From a virus: a stretch of 64,000 nucleotides of DNA. Below, one piece after another: positions 26,590-33,521 of this stretch (position 1 is the first letter of the stretch; every line of letters starts with the position of its first letter). A program made the position numbers and the translations under genes. The stretch lies in the IMG/VR virus record IMGVR_UViG_3300034158_000007, positions 1 through 64,000 of that record. One strand, given 5' to 3'. Under the pieces are notes generated by a model. It made no database searches. It was not told the origin of the DNA and was given only the letters and a program-made list of their open reading frames with translations.

Positions 26590-27291
26590 TCACTTACCTT
26601 GTTCGATTTTCAATTCAGTTACACCCACGGCTTCCAGTTCATCAATCAGAACGAGGATAAGCGGTTGGATGGTGCGTTCGATGTAGCCCTGTACTTTGGT
26701 GTAGTCCATGGTCAACGAACTGATAAGCTCAATGTCAGATGGGCTAGGCTTACCTTTCTTACCTTCGGACTTAGCGCCCAAAGCTTTAGCGGTGACCATT
26801 ACCATGGAGATATCGTTGGACAGCGTTTCAAAGCGTTGTTCGAAACCGACTGGGTCTTTCAGGATAAGTTTGTAGTCATCGAGATTAGCCATGATCGGCA
26901 ATACAGCCAGACCAGTTTGGCTGATCGAATCCAGTGCAGCAGCATGGAGTTCGCGGACGATAGCCCAACCATCTTGTTGCAGCAAAGCGGTAGCTGCTTC
27001 TTCGGATTGAGTTACGATGAGGTCGTCGATGTTAGTGGTTGCAGTTACTTCAGTCATGGTTGAATCCTTACGATCAAAAATGGTATCAAGTGCTTTGTCG
27101 AGACGGCGATAGTCTTCGACAGTCGGAGGTGGGGCATCAGCAAATTCATGTGCGCCCGGAATAGTTGAGAACCTGCCTTCTTCTTTTGCGACTTGGCGCA
27201 AAGCGGTGTCTAAGGCTACCCGTTCTTCGGGGGTCCACGCATGAGGTGGGTGTCCGGTTGGAGCTTGTATATTTAAGTTGGAAAGGTCCAT
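26590..27291 (-). CDS. Conserved hypothetical protein (gp78-like position)
   Basis: ORF directly upstream of the gp77-like gene; ATG 27291 likely. Confidence 0.7.
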   Translation of the reverse strand: MDLSNLNIQAPTGHPPHAWTPEERVALDTALRQVAKEEGRFSTIPGAHEFADAPPPTVEDYRRLDKALDTIFDRKDSTMTEVTATTNIDDLIVTQSEEAATALLQQDGWAIVRELHAAALDSISQTGLAVLPIMANLDDYKLILKDPVGFEQRFETLSNDISMVMVTAKALGAKSEGKKGKPSPSDIELISSLTMDYTKVQGYIERTIQPLILVLIDELEAVGVTELKIEQGK

Positions 27292-27321
27292 GGTAGTCTC
27301 TATGCGTGATTGGGTGTTTAA

Positions 27322-27387
27322 CATAGATAATACACCTTGGGTATACTTTCCTCTATATAAAGGATACCCATCTACATAACGGTATGT
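27322..27387. promoter_or_regulatory. Divergent region with late-type TATG motifs
   Basis: TATG (+) 27383-86; CATA (TATG on minus) 27322-25 and 27375-78; TATG is the reported phiKZ late promoter core, but a 4-mer is weak evidence. Confidence 0.4.
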
Positions 27388-27414
27388 TAAACTATTTAAT
27401 TAAAGGTGCCCTAC

Positions 27415-28266
27415 ATGAAACTCGAAGTTCAAGAAGCTATTCAGGATCTAGTTACACCGGAGACCTTGATGGTAACTCTAGATGTAATTGATACCCTCAC
27501 TGAGAAAGGCTATGAGCTTGCCCTTGATGAGTTGAATCAAGTTCTGATGCTGGCTGATGACAACTGTGACTCTGCTATGTTGGTTGGTCGTATTAATGAT
27601 GTCCTTTATTACGCCATGACTTACGTGTTAAATGACCATGGGATCACCATGTTGCCTGAAGCAACGCTGAAGGTTATGCATGACGTCTATAAGACTCTCA
27701 TCTATATCCCACAGTACATCATCCCCACAGATATCGCCCACATCTTGCAGGCCGACTACGATACGGTTGAGACCATTGCACAACTCGTGCCTTACTTCAC
27801 CGATCTGGAATCCCACCATGTTGAACCGGTAATCGATACCGTCAGCATTGAGTGCATTACCGAACTACAGAAGATCATCGATACTAAGTTGTCCACGACG
27901 ACCGAGTACGTTGGCACACCTGTGCCGGTTGAACGCATTAAAGTAATCAACCGTTTGATCGCTACTAACGACGCCAATAAGTTCAGTATGATGCTGGAAC
28001 TGGCCAATGCCGGTGTACGGGTAGGTCGCCCTTACGATGACCTGATCAGTATGTCCTTTGAATCCCTTGAAGGTAAGAATGCGGTTGAAGCAGCTGCTCA
28101 GATGGTGGGACTTGCATTCTTCAGTGATCTGCCGATTGCGGGTATCTGGCGTGCGATCGATGTATCTTTGGACGAGTACACTGACAACCCGATGGAACGA
28201 CGCTTTATGCTGGAAGAGATCGTTACTATCAAACGTAACCTAGGTGAGCTTAATGAAACTCCGTGA
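27415..28266 (+). CDS. Putative virion structural protein (gp79-like)
   Basis: About 283 aa; AAAGGTG SD; upstream of the vRNAP subunit. Confidence 0.65.
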   Translation: MKLEVQEAIQDLVTPETLMVTLDVIDTLTEKGYELALDELNQVLMLADDNCDSAMLVGRINDVLYYAMTYVLNDHGITMLPEATLKVMHDVYKTLIYIPQYIIPTDIAHILQADYDTVETIAQLVPYFTDLESHHVEPVIDTVSIECITELQKIIDTKLSTTTEYVGTPVPVERIKVINRLIATNDANKFSMMLELANAGVRVGRPYDDLISMSFESLEGKNAVEAAAQMVGLAFFSDLPIAGIWRAIDVSLDEYTDNPMERRFMLEEIVTIKRNLGELNETP

Positions 28267-29590
28267 TTATTTCCTATCGGCCTTGAAGGCCGGTATGGGG
28301 CGGAAGCGTATGTGGATGAATACACTCGTGAGTGTCGTATTCAACAATGCTGAAACTCCTGACTTCATGTTTAAGCCGTTCTTCGAGAACGACAAGATGT
28401 ATTTCTACAAACCCGGTGAGTCTGAAAAGATTTACATCGAGGATTACATTCCTGATCGCGCCCCTATCCACTTCCGTGATGAGTTCATCCTTCAACCTAG
28501 TGAGATCCTGAACTACCAAGGCACTGAGCCACTGCGTACCACTTACGGTAACGTGTTCTTTAACCAGCTGTGTTTGGTTGAACCGTTTGGCTTACTGATT
28601 CCGTTCGTGGCGGGAACAGTTGTTCCATCTAAGTTCGAAGAGTTCATTCTGGAACGGATGATCGATGATCGACCTGATGGTAATGAGACCGAGATGGCTC
28701 CTGACGGTAAGCTTTACGTTTGGCAGTATCTCAAGTTCTGTGATCACTGCTTGGCTATCCCCGGTTATGCAGATGGCTTGGTTACGTCGACCACCCGTAA
28801 GTCTCTGTTGTCTAGTCCTGAATGGCCTGAGATTCGGGCTAAGTGGATTGCTGAGAACTCCCATCGTCTTACTGACCCAGCTGCTGTTGCTGAGCTATCC
28901 GTACTGGCTGACAAGGTTGATGCTGAACACTTGAAGGGTGATGAGTCCCTGACGTTCTATACCGCTAAGAAGAAGCTGGCTGGTGCACGACGTAAAGTGC
29001 ATTACATGTTCGGTGGTGAATCTCCGTTCTCCGATGGTACGACTGTTGAGTTTATCTCGAAGTCTCTCGAAGAAGGTATCGACACTGATCACATGGAAGT
29101 AATGAACAACTCCCTGCGATTTGGTTCTTACAACCGTGGTGCACAGACTGCTCTGGGTGGTGAATCCACTAAGACTATTTATCGGATGGTTGGTACTGCA
29201 CGAATCATCATGGATGACTGTAAGACTTGGTTGGGTATTCCTTCCTTGGTTACAGAGTTCAACGCTGAGGGCTTGGTTGGTTATGCTTACGTTGATAACG
29301 GTCAGTCGATCGAGATCACCAAAGAGATGCTGCCTCAGTTAATGGGTGCACGCATTGCTATCCGTGGTCCTATGACCTGTAAGGCTGGTCGTGACGTTGA
29401 GAAAGGTACGATCGGTAAAGGTAAGAACATCTGCGGTGTATGTGCTGGTAAGGCATTGGCTGAGAACCCTAACGGAATCCCTGCTGCCACAGCTGGTGTA
29501 GGTGGACGCTTCCTGATGGTGTTCATGTCTAAGATGCACAGCTCGACACTTCGTACAGTTAAATGGGACATGCGCGCACGACTCACGTGA
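28253..29590 (+). CDS. Virion RNA polymerase beta-prime subunit (phiKZ gp80 homolog)
   Basis: RFGSYNRGAQTALGGE bridge-helix-like, DDCKT, RGPMTC...ICGVCAG Zn site, LMVFMSKMH. Confidence 0.88.
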   Translation: MKLRDYFLSALKAGMGRKRMWMNTLVSVVFNNAETPDFMFKPFFENDKMYFYKPGESEKIYIEDYIPDRAPIHFRDEFILQPSEILNYQGTEPLRTTYGNVFFNQLCLVEPFGLLIPFVAGTVVPSKFEEFILERMIDDRPDGNETEMAPDGKLYVWQYLKFCDHCLAIPGYADGLVTSTTRKSLLSSPEWPEIRAKWIAENSHRLTDPAAVAELSVLADKVDAEHLKGDESLTFYTAKKKLAGARRKVHYMFGGESPFSDGTTVEFISKSLEEGIDTDHMEVMNNSLRFGSYNRGAQTALGGESTKTIYRMVGTARIIMDDCKTWLGIPSLVTEFNAEGLVGYAYVDNGQSIEITKEMLPQLMGARIAIRGPMTCKAGRDVEKGTIGKGKNICGVCAGKALAENPNGIPAATAGVGGRFLMVFMSKMHSSTLRTVKWDMRARLT

Positions 29591-29648
29591 CCCATCATAT
29601 GAACCGGGGATCTCAGGTCCCCCTCCCAAATTAAAGGTTAATTACACC

Positions 29649-31124
29649 ATGGCTAAAAATAACTCTTTCAAAAGTTTCGCACAACTGGGTCAAATAAAAC
29701 CAACTGAACCTGAACCGGCTCGCGGTCAAAGTCCAGTGATCGCACAGTTTGATGAATTGGCGTACCACAAGACTGCACCAACTGTTGACGCCGCTGGCGA
29801 AGACCTTGGTGATGTTAGTGAACCAAAAGAAACGATCGCGACGGTTACTTCGGTTCGTCGGGAAGGTTCGACCATCATCGTTGAAACCGGGGACGCTGAT
29901 GCTCCACCACAGGTTGAAGACGAACGAGAGAACGAAGACCAAGGCGGTCTGAATGATGATCTGGATTCTGACTTTCCGGGTGGCGATGATGACTTTGCCG
30001 GTACGCATGACGCTGGCGCGTTTGATGAAGGCGATGATGCCCTGAGCGATTCTGATCAAGGTACCGATCTGACTGATACACCTAATCAAGATGACGAAAC
30101 CGATCCGGGTGCTGACGCTGGTGAAGATGAAGACAATACTACCGATGATGATGAAGCGGCTCCTGACCTGAATGATCTTGACGTACGTCAATGGACTGAT
30201 CTGGAACTGGAAGCTTACATTACCGGTACTGTTCAATTTGAAGTCTATCACTCTCGCGTAGTTGAGGCTATCGCTGAACACCGTATTCGTCACGTAGCTC
30301 TGTCTGCTGCTTGGACTGTAGCTGAGTGTCAACAGTTCTTGGCTTCCGGTTTGGAACCAGCTAAGACTACAACCGGTGCTTGGGTTAATGATGTTACCCG
30401 TGCTGCTCGTCGTGAGCATGCTTGGTCGACTCAAGAACTCGAAGCTTGGGCACGTGGTGAGATCGAACCAGAAGGCTCCACTCTGGCTAGCGGTCTGGCT
30501 ATCGAACTCAAGGCACGTTTGCAATTGGCTCTCCCAACTGTTGATGTTGCTGCTGTTATCCAATGCTACAAAGTTAAGGCGGGTCTGGCTCCTCCGGTTC
30601 CTGCATTCGTAGCTCCAACTCCTAAGGTCGCTCCAGTCGTAGCTAAAGCTGCTGTTGTAGTCGCTCCAACCAAAGTTACTATCAACCAAGAAGGTCTAAC
30701 TGCAATGAACCAATCCTACATCGAAAACTCCCTTGCTGAATTCCATAACGTGATGCGTCCAGGTCGCGCTGTTGGTGAAGTTAAAGGTGGTGAAGCACAG
30801 AAGCTTCTGAAGGAAGTCATCGTCTACGCGATCAGCCTGCCTGATGGTCAAGCTGCTGGCGCTGCAATGCGTGCACTGTTCGATCACTTCGCTGCTAACC
30901 GTGCAGAAGGCATGATCTTCGAAGACACCTACGCTTTCCGCTTTATCGAGAACATGCGTGTTACTCCGAAAGAGCAAGAATCCCATGCCGCTCTGTTGAC
31001 CCTGTTCTTGGCTTACGCCGATCCAATGGTTGAACTGCGCGAGCAAACTGATATTTCGAGTTTGATTAAAGGTGTACCTACTCGCCTGCAATCGCGTGTG
31101 CTTGAATTCTTCAGTAAGTTGTAA
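29649..31124 (+). CDS. Hypothetical protein with an acidic disordered region and three W-x-x-x-E repeats (gp81-like position)
   Basis: 491 aa; D/E-rich residues about 80-175; AAAGG SD. Confidence 0.8.
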   Translation: MAKNNSFKSFAQLGQIKPTEPEPARGQSPVIAQFDELAYHKTAPTVDAAGEDLGDVSEPKETIATVTSVRREGSTIIVETGDADAPPQVEDERENEDQGGLNDDLDSDFPGGDDDFAGTHDAGAFDEGDDALSDSDQGTDLTDTPNQDDETDPGADAGEDEDNTTDDDEAAPDLNDLDVRQWTDLELEAYITGTVQFEVYHSRVVEAIAEHRIRHVALSAAWTVAECQQFLASGLEPAKTTTGAWVNDVTRAARREHAWSTQELEAWARGEIEPEGSTLASGLAIELKARLQLALPTVDVAAVIQCYKVKAGLAPPVPAFVAPTPKVAPVVAKAAVVVAPTKVTINQEGLTAMNQSYIENSLAEFHNVMRPGRAVGEVKGGEAQKLLKEVIVYAISLPDGQAAGAAMRALFDHFAANRAEGMIFEDTYAFRFIENMRVTPKEQESHAALLTLFLAYADPMVELREQTDISSLIKGVPTRLQSRVLEFFSKL

Positions 31125-31132
31125 TCCCAATC

Positions 31133-31157
31133 TGGTTCCCTTCGGGGAGCCATTTTA
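31133..31157 (+). terminator. Intrinsic terminator
   Basis: TGGTTCCC-TTCG-GGGAGCCA-TTTT. Confidence 0.75.
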
Positions 31158-31176
31158 TCCGCTTAAAGGAAACATC

Positions 31177-31923
31177 ATGAGAGAGCTATTACTAGCTACT
31201 ATGCAGAAGGGTTTACCTACCATTCCGGGTAGTGGTCCCGGTCCATCGACGCTTATTAAATATGATGCTGACACAGACACCGGGTACTTCGGTAGCCTCG
31301 GTAGTACGGCGTTCTTTTCCTATTCCGATGTGATAGCTGCTGCTAAGACCCCCTTGCCAGGTGTGGCTGCAAATCAGACAGCTGCTAACTACTGGATGAA
31401 GCTTTACTCCAAGGGTAAGGTTCTTTACATGCCTCGGAATATAATTCGCACAGGTACGACCTGGGCAGATATTTATCGGGCGGGCATGGTGTACGGTATT
31501 GATGGACCAGGGATTTATAACCCTGCGACAGGTCCTGTTAATCAACTAACCAAGATGGTACTGACTAGCGCCGACCAAACCAAGTTTGTATTTATAGTGC
31601 GGATGATTAGTGGTTACGCTGACAACCCGGCGCCTACAACGGGATTGCTCCAACCCCGAATCGTAGCATCTGAGTATACCCAACTTCGTGAACGGTTAAG
31701 CTCTAACAATGCACCTGCTGGCTGGACATGGTATCCAACTGGAGTTATTGGTTCAATCGGTGGTCTTACCCTTGCCATGGAAACCGTTGGACCTACCCCT
31801 ACACAAGGTATCTTACTTAACAACAACGCTAACTACCTGATGCGGACGATCTGGGATATCACTACTAATCAGTTCTGTAATTTCTATCCGGTATTGGAGC
31901 TGGTTGAGATTATTGCTCCTTAA
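31177..31923 (+). CDS. Putative virion/tail-associated protein (GSGPGP...GYFG family of phiKZ-like phages)
   Basis: MRELLL...GSGPGPSTLIKYDADTDTGYFG; AAAGGA SD; about 248 aa. Confidence 0.6.
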   Translation: MRELLLATMQKGLPTIPGSGPGPSTLIKYDADTDTGYFGSLGSTAFFSYSDVIAAAKTPLPGVAANQTAANYWMKLYSKGKVLYMPRNIIRTGTTWADIYRAGMVYGIDGPGIYNPATGPVNQLTKMVLTSADQTKFVFIVRMISGYADNPAPTTGLLQPRIVASEYTQLRERLSSNNAPAGWTWYPTGVIGSIGGLTLAMETVGPTPTQGILLNNNANYLMRTIWDITTNQFCNFYPVLELVEIIAP

Positions 31924-31925
31924 CG

Positions 31926-31961
31926 GCATATTGTCCCTACCGTGTGGTAGGGACTTTATGT
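31926..31961. repeat. CATA-hairpin-TTTATG repeat element between convergent genes
   Basis: GCATATT-GTCCCTACC-GTGT-GGTAGGGAC-TTTATGT. Confidence 0.85.
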
Positions 31962-31966
31962 TGTCA

Positions 31967-32662
31967 TCAACGGTCAGCAATATTACTACTGGGGAAAGCA
32001 CGACCTTTACCCCAGATAATTTTAACCACCCCATCGCCACCTTTGCCACAAGTTCGAGGACCCGACTCACGTGACTGAGCGCCACCGCCACCGCCGTGCA
32101 ATCCGCCATTGGGACTAAGGCCGTTGGCAGCCAGACCCATAGTGGTAATACCACGACCAGCTGGTGTACCACCCCCGTTACTATTAAAGGTAGCTGGAGC
32201 GTTACCACCTAAGAACACCTGACCTTCAGAGTTACCAGACGCACCACCTGTACCATTGCCGCCACCCATGTCAGTTCCTATTGGAGTTGACTCAGCGGCA
32301 TTAATACCGACGTTAATACCAAATGCTGACGAAGGATAATCCAATTGATGTGAACTGGCTGTGCCATAAGGTACGGTCTTCTGAACACCACCGTTACCAA
32401 CTACGATTCTATAAGTTTCGCCTGGAACAACAGCGATCTTATTCTTCCATCTTACCCCACCCGAAGCACCTGCGTTGGCTGCTGCTACTGTCTGTACCCG
32501 ACCTTGTTGTCCTGCTGAGATAATCAAGACGCTAACCTCGGTGACCTTATCAGGAACAACCCAGTCGTAAGTACCTGGAGTGGGATATGAAATTTGACCA
32601 CCCTTAGTCATTGGATCATTAGGGTCGCCCCAAAACCCTGAAAACATTAATAGCTCTCTCAT
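31967..32662 (-). CDS. Glycine-rich domain protein, tail-fibre-associated type
   Basis: PGTYDWVVPDKVTEVSVLIISAG...VVPGETYRIVVGNGG...GGGGGA...GKGGDGVVKIIWG is the typical phage tail glycine-rich domain. Confidence 0.75.
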   Translation of the reverse strand: MRELLMFSGFWGDPNDPMTKGGQISYPTPGTYDWVVPDKVTEVSVLIISAGQQGRVQTVAAANAGASGGVRWKNKIAVVPGETYRIVVGNGGVQKTVPYGTASSHQLDYPSSAFGINVGINAAESTPIGTDMGGGNGTGGASGNSEGQVFLGGNAPATFNSNGGGTPAGRGITTMGLAANGLSPNGGLHGGGGGAQSRESGPRTCGKGGDGVVKIIWGKGRAFPSSNIADR

Positions 32663-32694
32663 GGGATCGTCCATCGATTTATTAATAACATACG

Positions 32695-32730
32695 ATATAA
32701 GTCCCTACCCGAAGGTAGGGACAATATGTC
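32695..32730 (-). repeat. CATA-hairpin repeat element with arms identical to those at 31933
   Basis: Minus strand reads GACATATT-GTCCCTACC-TTCG-GGTAGGGAC-TTATAT. Confidence 0.85.
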
Positions 32731-33148
32731 ATTTTTCTTTTGTCAGTTCTTCCATTGCTAAGATCTCTTTATACCACTCAGCTCGTTCTTCGACGAACTT
32801 TAGTTCAGAGCTGGTCAACCAGAGGTGGGAGTTATTAAACGCCATCAATGCATAGTGACACATCTTAGCAATAGACGCGTCTACGTCAAGCATATTGGAT
32901 TCAGTCATCTCTAATCGGATGGGGAGCAGTTCGAACTTACAAAGTTCACCACCATCAAACTCAGAACATTTCTCTAGTACGCTGGCTCGAGCATAAAGGT
33001 CGATGAACTCAGCCCGAATGTAATCAATGTTTCGCATCCCGCGATGATCACTGTACAAGCCTTGTTGCTGCCCCTTCAATACTTCCTTTGCAAACTCAAC
33101 CGCCTCCTCTGCAACTTTGCTAAGGAGGTATTGCGCAAACGTCATCAT
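32729..33148 (-). CDS. Putative MazG-like all-alpha NTP pyrophosphohydrolase
   Basis: KVAEEAVE...RAEFIDL fits the EExxE...ExxD acidic signature. Confidence 0.5.
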   Translation of the reverse strand: MMTFAQYLLSKVAEEAVEFAKEVLKGQQQGLYSDHRGMRNIDYIRAEFIDLYARASVLEKCSEFDGGELCKFELLPIRLEMTESNMLDVDASIAKMCHYALMAFNNSHLWLTSSELKFVEERAEWYKEILAMEELTKEK

Positions 33149-33149
33149 G

Positions 33150-33521
33150 TTAATAGCCCTCGTTTAATAGTTCACTCAAAGCACGAGCCTGAGATACAGC
33201 AGTATTAGCAAAGACATCACTCAAGTAATAGTCTTTGTCCACAGCTAGCGTAGCGAGTTCTCGCATGAGTTCGGGGTTAGCCTTAGCCCATGTTGCCCAG
33301 AAACCTTTATACTGCTCATACGTCGGATTGAAGCCTTCCAGGGGTGGTTTACCCTTAGCGTCTTTCCAGTTGTTCGTATACTGTCTGTAACCCTTAGCAT
33401 CTAACTGCCAAGCTTCTTCGATAGTGCGCCCATCCGGTAGCCGTGCAAACAAAGCACTGAATCGTTTGTCGCCAACGGAGGAACATTCGTATCCTCCGCG
33501 ACGCTTCCACCGGTATGTTAC
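33150..33521 (-). CDS. Phage hypothetical protein (YECSSVGDKRFSA motif); true start unresolved
   Basis: Frame is open 23 codons upstream of the TTG at 33452 (VTYRWKRRGGYECSSVGDKRFSA) up to a GTA overlapping the polymerase stop; no ATG/GTG in this frame. Confidence 0.65.
   Translation of the reverse strand, partial: VTYRWKRRGGYECSSVGDKRFSALFARLPDGRTIEEAWQLDAKGYRQYTNNWKDAKGKPPLEGFNPTYEQYKGFWATWAKANPELMRELATLAVDKDYYLSDVFANTAVSQARALSELLNEGY

Noticed and set aside
29631-30689. 352-aa Ser/Phe/Ile-rich minus-strand ORF
   Set aside because: Antisense shadow of the acidic gp81-like gene; its composition follows from reversed GAT/GAA codons
31176-32663. Dedicated invertase-controlled shufflon
   Set aside because: No serine or tyrosine recombinase gene in the window and only one repeat pair; kept only as a hypothesis in the findings
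33394-33486. 30-codon minus-strand ORF with a GGAGG SD and ATG
   Set aside because: The GGAGG arises from Gly-Gly codons of the overlapping conserved-looking frame, and both SD and ATG are sequestered in a hairpin; no support as a gene, though not excluded
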